Assembly: GCA_951804945.1 (NCBI GenBank)
Contig: OX638151.1
Location: 67,146,001-67,210,000, forward strand
Source of the DNA: Podarcis cretensis
Taxonomy: Eukaryota
Direction: 5' to 3'
DNA: 64,000 nucleotides
The position numbers and the translations under genes were made by a program. Positions 49,801 through 63,400 of the stretch are shown piece by piece. The notes under the pieces were generated by a model. That model was given only the letters and a program-made list of their open reading frames with translations, searched no databases and was not told the origin of the DNA. Positions within the stretch are counted from its first letter, which is position 1. Every line of letters begins with the position of its first letter.

Positions 49801-52800
49801 CAGGACTGAGGGGCTGATAATCTCAGTATGGCTGAACAAAAGTAGTGTGAGGAGAATGCTGTTGTGCACAAGTCCTGTTTGTGGGCTTGGCATCTGATTG
49901 GTCACTATAAGAACAAGATGTTGGACTAGATAGGCCTTTGACCAGATCCAAGAGGACTTTTCTTTTTTAATCATGTAGATCTTTATTGAATTTTAACATA
50001 AAAATTGACAGAATAAAACATAAAACAGGTAATTTAGAAACAAACCCCACCCCAGCTGGGCTCTTCTTATGCTTTCTGTTTCCAGGCGGAATGATTTTGT
50101 GTGCTGCAAATGCTCTGCTTTTTGCCGTCTGCAGCCACGTGGCTTACACAATATGTTGTTATCAACAAATCAAAGAGCATGCTATTGAGAGTGTCTGTAC
50201 ATGCTTGGTAGCATTCTCCTTTGCGTCTGAATGAAAGCCTGTACTGCATAATACAAATTGTAATAGAAATGAAAAGAGTCACAAAGTCTTGTTGGTTCTC
50301 TGGAGAAACTGTTGAAAAATCTGCAGATCTGGATGAATGCAGTTAACAAATCCCGTAAAGCGGTTGTCCACCTTTAAAGGGAAACACTTGGTTGATGTTA
50401 AAACAAGAACAAGGCCTTAGTCTCTAGTAGACTGTAGCACATGGCCCTTTTTATATTACCATTTTAGGCATGGTGCTGATTTGGGAACTTAATTTTTGGA
50501 GTGGTTTGTGAAGGGGATTTCCCAATAGAGTGCCCAGTGGTGTGTCAGGAGCAAAGGACAGAAATCCATGTTGCCCTAATTTTTTTATCTTTGTGCTGAG
50601 CTCCTAGAATCACAAAGGTGCTCCGTGACTTCAAAATGAACACTCTGGCTGTTGATTAACTTCCCTGGTAAATAGCATACAGTCCCTACATTAATAAGGA
50701 ATGTGATCTGGTAGGAAAGAGCTTAAACCAGTGTGTGTTTGGAGAAAGCCCAGTTCAATCCTATCTCTCTTTCAGTAGTGCTGCATCCTGGGGCACCCTT
50801 TCTGTCAGTTTTCTATGGACCTCCTTAGATTGACTAGGATCTCAGTCTCTCTCTGTGTTTACAGACAGAGACACACAGTATTTGTGATTGTGACTGTGTG
50901 CTTGTGTTTTGAATAGGATTCATAATCCAGAGACGACTGTAGCAGATCTCCCACCTTCAACATTAGCCCCATCCAACCATGGACGGGGAGTGTGAAAAGT
51001 GGGGTGAGCGAGCTAGCTCTGCCCCTGCCCTATTGCCCTCCAGAGAGTCCCCACCCCACATGTTTTCTTTCCAGATTGCTATGACACCTGAGTATACTTT
51101 ATTTCTAAATTGATGGTACTGCTTGCAAAATGTGATACAGAATTAGTGTTGGCTACTTCATGTCTTCCATAGTACCGTGATCTCAAATGTCCTTTTTGGG
51201 GGTACAAGAGTCAACGTGCTGGTCAATTCCAGGCTGCCTTTAAGGTGCCATATGTCTCTTTGCTGTCATTTTATATGCAAGTGCAGTTTTATCCCCCCCC
51301 AGTAGATGATCCCAGTGTTTCCACAAGCTTGTAAGTGGCATTTACTTCTGATGCTAACCACATTAACTACGGAATAAACACCATTTGGTTGTGGAAATAA
51401 ATATAATAGTTTAACAGTAAAAATGAACAAAGATCCTCATCTTGAACTGTGTACATGCTAGCTGCACCATGAACATATTTGTTTATTAAAAGAATAAAGG
51501 TTGCTACATGCCAGTATCAGCCCCAGTAGATGCTCACATACCAGTGCCAATGCCAGCACTAGCTGCCCCACTTTTGGTTCCTGATTAAACAGTGCGGAAG
51601 CAAACTTTTTTTTTTTAAAAAAAAATCATCACAGGAGATAAATTGTGATGCAGTTTTCCTAGTAGAAGGAATCCCCAGATTCTACGAACCTAAATTCAAA
51701 ACAAACTAATTCTTCATAAGATTTCCCCCTCCAATGCACAATGTATATTTAAAGCTAATTTGGACCTCCAACTGAATCTAATCCCAATGATGAAGCTAGC
51801 ATTCATAATGACAGTTCATTTGCTGTGAAATTAAGATGTTAAATGTCAAGCTTATGAAGGTCAATCACATAAAGAACAAACACTAAACTGTGCAGAATAC
51901 CATTCCACCAGCTCTGCTAGTGTGGAATTTTATTTTGAAATAGAGTTAAAAATGCAGGCAACATCTGATTCTCGAGAGGAGTTTTATAACTGATATAGTG
52001 GCTCACTTTAGGCGTTTTTCCCACTGATTCCTAATTGGGGATGCCCTCAACCTTTGACTTCAAAGAACAGGATATTATGTTTAGAAAAATATACTTCAAT
52101 TAACAGCATGCTTGTTGTGGATTAAACTATGCATTCATAAGGCTAATATATCACTGCATAATACATTTTTCTTAGGTTGGAGGCACAAAGAATATTTTTA
52201 TATTAGCATATACATTTTGGTTTTAGGCTCTTGAAGACAAGGAGACGTTTATAAAGTCTCTGCATGTTTCAGTAAATTATGCATGAATTTTAATCAGTTA
52301 TTAAATGAACCAGTAATTGTTGAGCGGCATTATTAATATTCTTCATAACACAATACTCTATCAGAGCCAGAGGTGTGGTGTAACTAAGAATCCCAAAAGT
52401 ACACTAAATGACAACTGAAGCATGCAGTCCCAATATACCAGATAAACTTTTCTGATGTTACCTAATTAAGTTTCCTATTAATGGTTCTCATTCCTTATTC
52501 TACAACCCGAGCTATCAAATATTCCCCAATTATAATTTCAAAATTACAGAGTTTACTTTCCTATTGCAAGTAACCTGAAACTTTTTGCATCTTTAAACAG
52601 AAGTTAGTGGGCAAAGTCTGAAGCTGTTAGACATTGGGTTTATATCGCACCGTTTTCATATGTATATTCCATGACAGCTTTATATGTATATAGCCTCTAG
52701 CAACTCTTAATTTAAGGAGACAGAAGGGGCTCATCTTTTAGCTTGCTATCCCATTGCTATGACTCACAAGGTTGATTAACAAACTCTAGCGGATTATCTC

Positions 52801-54962
52801 AGCAAATCCCAATTCAATTTCTGAAATTATATTTTTGCAAAGTATTGCATGATAGGAGATAAGAGTAGAATGTGGACATACCACACAGTGTCGTAGCTAG
52901 AGCTGGACCATCAGGTCAAAGTCCAGAGCCCTGCACCCCAGGGTGTTCCCAGAGAGCATCAGTGGCCAACAGGCCAGGACAGTAGCACCTAGGCTGGTGG
53001 GCATGCCAAGATCCACTAAGACTTGTTGCTGCAGCATTCATTCATTCATTACAATGCATTTACATTCCACCTTTTTCCTTCATGGAGCTCAATGTGGCCT
53101 ATACATGGTTCTCCCCTTCCTCATTTAATCCCCATGACAACAATGCGATGTAGGTTTCCCACTTTGATGTACACTTGCTGAGCAAGAAATGATAAGAAAG
53201 AGGAAAAGCCTGCAAAGGGGAAGGTATTGAATCAAGTGGCAGGGGATGGTTGCTTACCAGGATTTATTTATAAGTAAACATTATAGAAAGATCATGGGTG
53301 TGAGGAAAACAATGGCTGTATAGCACTGTATTAAGTGTTGTATGGAACTACTGTTTTAATTGTGCCTTAGATAGGACTGAAGGACCCCAGAGTATGGAAG
53401 AAGCAACCAGAGTTGGTGGGTTTCCCTTTTCTAGTGTAACACCCACTTTTGGTTGGAACAGATAAGACTGGGAGTCCTCTACCCTCTACAACAGTATTCC
53501 AATATTGCTTCCTTTCATTGCTCACATAGAGCTGGAGAGGGGCAAGGACAAAGTGGGGCATTGGCTCCCTCAGTTGTATCCTCTTTGCCAACCCTGTTGG
53601 GAGAAAAAATAACTAAAGAAGAGCAGGTGGTAGCCATTCTATCTAGAGCTGGAAAAATGCTTCTTCCTGAGAAAGACTGTGCTTATTGTTCAGCTTGTTT
53701 ATTTGTCCAAATATGTTTGTCCAAAATTATGACACAACACAATTGCTTTTTATTCAGTAGATGAAAGCTGAATGGTAGGTGTTTTTAATTATGATTCTGA
53801 AAGATCTATTCAAATGATAAGCAAATAAAACCATTCCAACAATGTTAGCCAATCATTAGGAGATCACAGAGTCCTGGAGAAGGGAATGGGATGATTGGTA
53901 AATTTCACTTTCTCACTTTCTCTCATTTTTTCCGATCTTAAATTCAGTTATCCATATTTTTGCAAATGTTTTGTAAAACATCCTCATTAAAATGCATCAG
54001 CATCTAAGCGCTATTTTTGCATCCAATAACCCCCAATATAATGCATTTTTGTATGTTATTTTCTTTGGTACAAGACACTACATTGCAAAATTCGCAAAAG
54101 AATTTTGAAGAATGGTTGCTTTTCATTTTGCATATTGTTCCAGAAAGTGCACATTTCTCCCCCATCTTCACCTGGAGATGACCCTTTATACAATAAGTAC
54201 CTGGAAACATAGGGTTGATGGTTTGTTGTTTTGTTGATTTTTTTAATATAGATATACTATTTATCTTCTCCACTTTTCACAAAATATATCAAACTAGCTT
54301 ACGATATAAAATACAATAAGATCAGCCTTCTGGGCTTTGATGCAGTAGATGAATTTCCTGTGGGGCTTACATCCAGTTGTTCATACAGTAGACACAGAAG
54401 GAAGGAATTATTTAATGTTCCCTAGCGTTTCTTTCAAGAGATTAAACACATGTGGGATATCCTAATAGATTATTTAGGTTAGATATTTTTCTAGTTGTCT
54501 ATCCAGCTTTTGGATTTGCTGCGTTGCAATACTGCTGATTGTGAAACCCCCGTGTGCCTTGAATTTAGCATTGATGCCTAATTAACTGAAACAAATTAGC
54601 CAAAATATGAGCCATCTGGAATGAAAATGAAGCCTGTGTATTAGTGGATTCATTTTATTCAGGAAAGTGTGTGTTGCTTTTAATTGCTTCCTGAAGTAAA
54701 TCACTCCTAGGCAATGCTACTGTAGGCAGAATCTCCATTGTTATAGTTTATTCTCTCTGTTGGTCCCCTAGTACTAAAGGCAATTTAACAGAAGTATTGA
54801 AATATATTCCGGCATTTCATGTTTTTTATCAGCTGATATTGTTAGTTGTGTGTGTTAAATATTCACATACTTCCTTACATTGCTGTTGTTTACTCATTTA
54901 AGATCCAGGCCTTATGCCAATATTTATCTTTCTGACTCAGCTCTTATAATTGTGTCTTACAG

Positions 54963-55256
54963 AACCACCTCGACCAATAGCACCCCCACAACTGCTTGGA
55001 GTTGGACCAACTTACTTGCTGATTCAGTTGAATGCAAATTCCATTATTGGAGATGGGCCAATTATCCTAAAAGAAGTGGAATACCATATGACAACTGGGA
55101 CCTGGACAGAAACCCATGCTGTAAATGCACCAACTTACAAGCTGTGGCATTTGGACCCAGACACAGAGTATGAAATTCGTGTTCTTCTAACCAGACCTGG
55201 AGAAGGTGGCACTGGTCAACCAGGTCCACCGCTTATCACCCGGACCAAGTGTGCAG
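54963..55256 (+). CDS. PTPRK: PTPRK internal coding exon (294 bp, exon 7): first fibronectin type III repeat, [24 protein letters not shown]...[10 protein letters not shown]
   Basis: Lies within ORF 54950..55309; TTACAG acceptor, GTATTG donor at 55257; FN3 motif [14 protein letters not shown]; symmetric phase 1-1. Confidence 0.97.
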
Positions 55257-56133
55257 GTATTGTTTGTTCTAGACTCTATTCTCGATTTACTGTGATACGG
55301 TACTGCTAAAACCTAATTTTAGAATGTGCTTTTTTCTTTCTGCAACCCATATGTTTAGATCACCTGTGCTGGCTTTAGAGTTCATCTAAGAATTCAACCA
55401 GTAGTAATTTCTCAAAGGGAAGTGGCACCTTTATTCTGTTACAGGGGATTTTCCCCACCCTATGAGAATTGGTGCATGGCTGTAGCTAAGAGTATATGCT
55501 GTGGGCCAAGTAGCTGGAGGTTTATATGCAAGCTGTGCTATGAACTTGCAAGGCGACATTAGCAAACCAGTCACACTCCCCACCCCCACCGTAATTCACA
55601 ATGACTTGAATTGAGAGGATTTCTTGTGGAATGGAGTTTCACTTCCTTCTCGTCCCTGCTGTGGTCATCTGTAGCCCCAGAAACGCAGTTACTGAATAGC
55701 TCAGGAACAACCTATTGGTTTACTTAAGTAGCTTTTCATAAGAAGATCATAGCCAAAACAATTAAAATGTGATTTCAGAGTTCCTTGTCAGAAAAGGGAG
55801 TTGCATGGGGAGGAAAGGAGGAAAAGTTTAATTTATTCTTTAAGCATTTAAATAAAAAAACTTTAAAAAGGTGATCAAACCTAGGAATTGCATGTGTCAG
55901 GGAACATTCTTCTACCCCAGTCTGTTTCTTTGTCAAGCTAGCCTATTGGCTTTTATTTACCATCTCCTGAGATTGATGAAATTCTGACAAACATACAATT
56001 CAGGCTGGGATACATGAGATCACAAGCAGCAGTGCTCCATCCTGCAACAGTGGTATCATGTGAAAAGCCCTAGACCTGCAGGAAGACTAGCAACTCTGAG
56101 CAACCTTAATGCTGGTGTGGGAAAGAGCTACAG

Positions 56134-56424
56134 CTGGAGTGGAGAACCTCTAACCCTTGGGTCAAATTTGGATGGACTGCCAGTTCCATTCCCCCACATT
56201 TAGCCTTCTAGCCCATTTCCCTCAGATGATACCCACCTGCCCCACACCTGATATCAGATGTGATGTCAGATATGGAGCTGCTACATGGCTGGATCATCTG
56301 GCCATGCACTAATCCCTGCAGAAAGCAGAATTTAAAGCCCCACGCACCAGCTAATTTGTTGGGAGTTCAGTCCTGCTTAGTTTGGGTGTGCAAACGAGTT
56401 GCCTGTGGAGAAATCATTGGCACA

Positions 56425-56468
<44 letters not shown>

Positions 56469-57462
56469 GTTATTTATACCCTGTCCATCTGGTTGGCCTT
56501 CCCCAGCCACTCTGGGCAGCTCCCAATCAAATATTAAAAACATAATACAGCATTAAACATTAAAAACTTCCCTAAATAGGGCTGCCTGCAGATGTCTTTT
56601 AAAAGTAGGATAGTTGCTTATTGCCTTGACATCTGATGGGAGGGCGTTCCACAGGGCAGTCTCCACTACCAAGAAGGCCCTCTGCCTGGTTCCCAATAAC
56701 CTTACTTCTTGCAGGGAGGGAGCCGCCAGAAGGCCCTCGGTGCAGGATGTCAGTGTCCAGGCTGAACGATGGGGGTGGATACGCTCCTTTAGATATACTG
56801 GGCCAAGGCCGTTTAGGGCTTTAAAGGTCAGCAGCAACACTTTGAATTGTGCTCGGAAATATACGGGAAGCCAATGTAGGTCTTTCAAGACCACTATATG
56901 GTCTTGGCGGCCGCTCCCAGTCACCAGTGTGGCTGCTGCATTCTGGGTTATTTGTAGTTTCCGGGTCACCTTCAAAGGTAGCCCCACGTAGAGCGCATTG
57001 CAGTAGTCCAAGCGGGAGATAACCAGAGCATGCACCTCTCTGGTGAGACAGTCCGCAGGCAGATAGGGTCTCAGCCTACGTACCAGGTGGAGCTGGTAGA
57101 CAGCCGCCCTGGACACAGAATTGACCTGCACCTCCATGCACAGCTGTGAGTCCAAAATGACTCCCAGGCTGTGCACCTGGTCTTTCAGGGGCACAGTTAC
57201 CCTATTCAGGAACAGGGAGTCCCTGCAGGAAGCAGGGTTGAACTCCCCGCTTGTCAGCTGATGCACCGTTTAATTACGATTAGTCTCTATGTCCCCACCC
57301 ACTCCATTGGACCTACACTGATGGGACAAGCCACTCACCAATCACTCAATGATATCATGATGTCATACAGCTGACAGGTGGGTGGTCCTGCCCACCTCTC
57401 AAAGTTGGCCCTCAGTGTGGGGAAATGTGGCCTTGCTGAACCAAAAAGGTTCTCCACCCCTG
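56134..57462. mobile_element. Old non-autonomous hAT-like element containing a nested L2
   Basis: TIRs CTGGAGTGGAGAACCT / AGGTTCTCCACCCCTG; flanking 8-mers AGCTACAG (56126-56133) and AGCTGCGG (57463-57470) match at 6 of 8. Confidence 0.7.
56428..57225 (-). mobile_element. 5'-truncated L2 LINE (C-terminal ORF2, 3' UTR, (TTA)n tail)
   Basis: ORF 56553..57266 contains SLGVILDS, HALVISRLDYCNALYVGLP, KLQxxQNAAA, LHWLPV, FKVLLLTFKALNG and LWNALP, all typical of L2 ORF2. (AAT)n at 56428-56466. Confidence 0.93.
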
Positions 57463-59538
57463 AGCTGCGGAATAGGAATCCGTTTTCTCGCATTAGTAGG
57501 TGGCCCAAGAAGGAACAGTGTTGCTGTATCTCCATTTCAACTCTAAAGTTGCATGAGAACCCAGTGTCAGAGGTGGTCTTATAAATAGAAGAGCAGTGGT
57601 TTTGTACAAGCTGCTTTTACAGTTCCATTGCTTGTTAGCAGGAGAAATCTCAACAGCTGTGATGTTACAGATGTTGAGCCTTTTCATGGGTCACTTTAAT
57701 TGTGTAGCTCACAGCAGCCTCTGTGCCTTTCCTTCCCCCTGGAGTTCACGGATCTCGCCGCAAGTTCCACTTCCAACGTTCACTCTAATTGTGGGGAATC
57801 AAAAGCACAAGGCACTTGTGATTCTGCAAGTCACAAAATTAAAGCAACTCATGAACTATCCGAGGATCATTGTTTTTAGCGGAGTAGTCAGTTTGGTGCT
57901 CCCCTAGGTAGGTGAGCTATATTTAATTTTGAAAGGGGGAAAAAATAAGTTCTTGAAAAAGTTGAGCAGCAACTGTTGCAAACATTCCTGTGCTGAATTT
58001 AATAAGCTGTATCTCGGTAAATGGGGACACCTGGTGTTGATAACACTTTATTTTGAAGATAAAGTGCCTTGAGAATTTCCTATTCTGTGTCTCTGCCCTA
58101 GACAAACTACTACCCTGAAATTTGAAATACACAATGTTATTGCTACCCTAGGAATCATGTGTCAACCTTGGATCAGATGACACTTGCTGAAATCCACCCG
58201 CTGTTAAAGGGTTCTCACTTCTCTTAAATATTTTAGGCATTGGCGCAAACATAAGTAGAAGCTGGAAGTAACTTTTTTGATTGGAGCACTAGAGTTAGAA
58301 TGGAAAAATAATCATTTTACCTCCATTTTCCATTATGGAGTATAGGGGAATGGAGTGCTTTGCTCTGGAAATATTGGTTATTCTTATCTTGAGCCTGCTA
58401 TGGTTTGACAGACACAATTAAGTATGGTGAAGTTATTGTAATTTTAGAAATCACCAGTATATTATTGATGAATGAGATGTATAAAGTAATGATTGGATTA
58501 AATCAAGCTTAAAGGTGTCAGCCAATGTCTCATGACTGGACTTAACCTTCTTCTCCATTCCCTGCTCTCTCCCCCCCCCCCCGGGATTTCTGCTCAGGAA
58601 GTTTCCCCAATTCACTGGAGGAGATTTTGAGTGTTCATGAGGGGCTGCAGGTGAAACAATAAGAAAAGGGAAGTCCCATTAGGTCAGCTGAATGTTTCTC
58701 TTATTTCACCATAGCCAGTCCTCTGGAGATTGGATTAAATACAATTTAAGAATAAAAGTTGATTCAGACGTGTTAAGTTAGCTCTGTTGTCATTTATCAA
58801 TACTTGTTTTCTCCCAGACTCGTAGTCCCATGAGGCTGGGTAATGGTGTGGGTCTAAATTAAAACAATGTATATCAGTTTCCACCGTTGTCCTACAACAA
58901 TACTGGAAATTATGTTCAGGAAAATGTATTGTGTCTTCCAGATACCTTTTCAGATAGCCTCTCTTTCCATTGTAAACCCATTAAATAATATCTTAATAAA
59001 GCCATGAAAAGGCACTTCTAACTTGAGCATCAAATGACAAAGCTGATCCAGTCTGTGTAGCCGCTCGCTTCCTGCGGAAAGCCTGTAAGCTGGCCATGAG
59101 CATAGCAACACTCTACCCATCTGTAATTCCCAGCAACTAGTATTTATAGGCATTCTGCCTCTGGAATTAGAAGCAAAATGTAGCCATTGGGGCTAGTAGC
59201 CATTTATATCCTTATCTTGATTATGTAATCTCAAAAATATAGTGGCTGAAATCCAATGAAAGTTTAATATATAGCCTGGTGTGCTTTATTATAGAGCTAG
59301 ATTTTGCCAAACATTTTTTATTGGGCCTCAAAGGTGTATTTTTAGTGTGCAAAGGATGTGGAGCTAAATTGTTAGGAGGGATATGTTAGAAAACTGCTGC
59401 AGGCTGTTCTTACTTTGAAGACAACACTATTTTTTATTTTAAAATAAATTGAAAATGAACTTTACACAATGTTGATATGGCAGTTAATGTTTTGACATTT
59501 TCAAACCATTTTCTGTGATTTCTTTTCCACTCAGATAG

Positions 59539-59540
<2 letters not shown>

Positions 59541-59575
<35 letters not shown>
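59541..59575. repeat. (AC)n microsatellite
   Basis: Directly visible. Confidence 0.95.
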
Positions 59576-59577
<2 letters not shown>

Positions 59578-60119
59578 GGTTTTTTATATATAGCAGGAAT
59601 GATGACTGCAACTCCCATCATCCTCAGTCAACATGGCCAGTGTCAGGGATGATGGAAGCTGGAGTCCCAGAAACATCTGGAGGGCCACAAGTTGGCCATC
59701 AATGATCTATTAAATAGTGTGATATTAAGCATCCAGTATACCATAATTTATCAAGTAGCCCAGCTAAACTGATTTGACTGTGATTTTAGATCTGGCAGAT
59801 GGAAGCATTTTTAAATTAACTGATTTGCCTTCAAAAAACTTTCATCACAAAATCTGCTGAGCCTATGGGAATTCTCTGTATGCAGGAATCCATAACAGAA
59901 CTGCATGGATGAGTTCCCCTCTTAGTTGAATTCAAAATCAACCTGTCGTTATAATCTCTTTGGGAATTTGGTTCTGAGACATACCAGTATCCATGGTCTG
60001 CAATTTAACCACCTGTCTAAACTCTAAAAGACAAGTCGTTCTGCTATGTTTCATTGGGAACAAAATTCCTAAAGGGCTACAGTATCAAAAGGGCAACTTG
60101 TAGCTTCAATTCAATCTCA

Positions 60120-60420
60120 TGAGGCTGCAGCAACCAGAGAGCTTTCTCAGACAGCCTAAGTATATAGGGAAGCAAGACAATTCTGAAGGCACACTGACGG
60201 CAGATTCTTTAAAGATTTTACAGGCCAGAACAAGCAACGTAACTTAACGATGGCAACAGCCAGGATAATATGCTCATTACAAGGCACCCTGTTCAGAAGC
60301 CAGGCTGCAGCGTTTTGGAACAGCAACTTCACACTGCACAGAGTGAGAAGATATACAGTGGGACAGGCTTTCACTGTGCACTAGATTGTGGCCATAAATA
60401 GATTCTGAAAGAGACAATGT
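60120..60420 (-). mobile_element. Highly decayed L2 ORF2 fragment
   Basis: ORF 60156..60374 contains KLLFQNAAAWLLNRVPCNEHI, a relic of the L2 KLQLVQNAAARLL...EHI motif. Confidence 0.65.
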
Positions 60421-63400
60421 TCAGCAGGGGTGTCATAGTCTTGGATACTAATGTATGCATTTTTTTCAGTGTATGGCAGTGAAACATAAAATCAGTGGAT
60501 AAATCTTCAGTTAATAGTAAAGTTAAATAACCACAGAATAAATTTAATATTTATACAGTTTGGCTTAGTTAAAACATACTGGCTTGGTTTCCAGATCATA
60601 GTTTGAAGGAGGTGGCAGCAGAGCTGGAGGCAGAGGGGCAGGACACAGTCTTGGAACCAAGAACCACCTTCGTAGATAAGATGCACCTGCCCAGAAAGAG
60701 CACATGTGTGCACATGCAGTAGACCCTTAGGGCTGGAGAGTGCCATAGTGAGCTTGCCCTGCCTCATCATTCAAAGCTTGGTGTGAGGGGTATGTCAACT
60801 GTTGGGCCATCTTTGTACGTACTGTTTGCTTATGAACCTCTAGCCTTTCAGATGCACTTTGGAATCTTGATTTCTGGAGCTTGTTCTTGCTGCTAAGCCT
60901 GTACCGTTCTTAGCTTGAATAAAAATCTATTCCTTATTCAGGTAGGTAGCCATGTTGGTCTTAAATATGTCTTGCTAGTTATAGTGTTGTACACTACACA
61001 GATTGGCATCTATAATTAAGAGGGTCATTGTGAAGGTTATACTGAATTTCAACTTTCAAAAAAGTTGGACTCCCCACCACCCTCATTTGTCATGGCTGGC
61101 TCTCTGTTAGGGAATAGATCCAGTTGAAGATTATGCTATATTATTTTGAGGTCCTAGAGAGAAAGCAGAGTATGAAAGTGGCTAAAGGTGCAAGGAAGTT
61201 GCCACTTCAAATACATGAAAATCCATTTAGTCCATTTAGAGATTTTTCTAGAGCAGGGATTACTTTTGGAATTTAAGATGGGCCTCAGATCTAGAACTGC
61301 TAGAGAGACCTAGAAAGTGATGCATGTGAAGATTTCTATAGCTGGTAGTAAAACTCACATCGGATACAAATATCTTTAATATTTGAGACTGTGGTTAAAT
61401 GCTGCATTTAGCCTTTCTTTAAGACTCCTGTAATGGCAAGAAAGCAATCCGAACATGATGATAAAAAATGGGAGTATCTCCTATGCATGCAAGTAGATAA
61501 AAATGACCTAATTTAATTTACATACACACACCATTGGAAAGCCATTCATCAGTGCAGGTGAGAAGAGTATGGGTATTATGTCTTCTATACATTTACAGAT
61601 TTTTCTCCCAGTTTGTATCCTTCCAGACAAGAGGAGAGCCCCAGCTGCATTTAGACCACAGTGATTTATCAGATGTGTGGGCATCTAGTCAATAGATCAC
61701 ATTTCTGAGAAGAGCAGTATCTGTAGCAAGAAAATGTATTGAGCACATTAATCCAAAGACTCTACTCCAGCAGTAAAATAGGTGACACAGATGATCATTC
61801 ATATGATACTGCTTCAGAAGACCTTAGAGAGAAGCTCATGCTACAAAGTTCAAATCCTGATAATATAATCTTTGTAGTATATCTGAAGGTTTCCAAATTT
61901 GCCATTTTGTTTTGTAACTGTTCTTATTGAAATTTTGATTGTTTTGGAAATGAAAGTGGCTTTCTAATCCAGATGGTGGTGGAAAGAATTTTAAAATATA
62001 TATAAAACACAAAATGTGCAATTCAGAGTCAAAAACTGGAACATATAGTGGTGTCTTGTTAATTGACAGGATTAGAAAGGCAAAAGACTGGGTTCTGTGG
62101 ATGCTTTATAGACACTACTACTTTATAGGCACCTACTAACAATCAGCCATTTAACACAGAGAGAAACCTGTAGGGATTTGCCAAGTAATAGGGGAGATCA
62201 AATAAAACCCAGGCAATAGTGGCTGTGGAAAGATGAACATTTCCTTTGCTGGGTGGAGGGTTGGAGTTGCTTTTAATTATACAGCAGATAAGGAGAGAGA
62301 AAGTAGGATATTGCAGGGGGTTATTACTGCATTGCAAGGGGTTGGACTCGGCGACCCTTGGGGGTCACTCACAAATCTACAGTTCTATGATTCTATTATA
62401 TGTGAATCAAATATCAAGGGTACCCAATGTGGTACCCTCCAGATGTAGTTAAACCACAGTTTCCAGTGCCACACCCAGCACAGCCAATATCCAAAGATAA
62501 TGGGAATTGTGGTCCAACAAAATCTGTGTGTGTGTGTGCGCGCGCGCCATGTTGGCTACCCCTGCTGTATATATATTCAGCTGAAAATGTTAATCTTTTA
62601 CTCAGCTGCCCCAGCACCACTTGCAAAGTATCTTCACACTGAGTGCATTTAATGAGAGACTGCTGATGTCTCAATGGTGCAAAAGGAATAGTACAACAGC
62701 ACTCCTTCTTTTCCAATAATAAAGTCATCTGGTGAAGGGGGGGGAGCAGTTGGCCATCACAACCCTAAGGCAATATTTCCCTTAAAATATGTTTTTTTAT
62801 TCTACATTATTAAATGCTTCCTGGTATGCTCCACTAAGTAATTATGGCTAGGTGTGACAGAAAAGACTATTATAAACTTGTTTAATTTGTCGCCAGTAAC
62901 TTAGGGCTCACAAATCAATTTATTAACCTCAATATTGGTCTAAATCTTCCTTAAGAAAAGCCATCAGAAGGCGAACTGGGACAGAAATATAAATCTGTTC
63001 TCGAGGCCTTTGCACTTTTGACAACTAATTTACAGCTCAACCCTACGACTTACTTTCCCAGCAAATACAGACATCCTTTAGAGAGCAGTGCCTGCTGCAT
63101 TGCCTCATGAATTCATGCGATGGCGTTATGCTGCCTTGCATATATAGTCACCAAAGTAAGTATTTTGGGTTTGTGGCTTCAAGTTACTTGGTTTATTCAT
63201 ATCTTTAAAGCATTATTACCCAGCTTTTCAGCTTACATAAGACCCGTTAAAAACAAGAAAGTCCTTGGGTTCACGCTTGCAATCTAGGCATTGTACACAA
63301 AAGAAAGGGGGAAGATAAAGGGGGGGGAGGGAAAGTAGCAAACTAAGGTTCCAATTCCTAATGCTACAAAATTATTTAGAGGAGGCAGCAAATGGAAATG

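Noticed and set aside
54931-54940. Alternative acceptor (CTGACTCAG) 22 nt upstream of exon 7
   Set aside because: It would be out of frame and lies right beside the likely CTGAC branch point.
54880-55173. 97-aa ORF overlapping exon 7 in another frame
   Set aside because: Starts at a non-ATG codon in the intron and has no recognisable motif; a by-product of the real exon.
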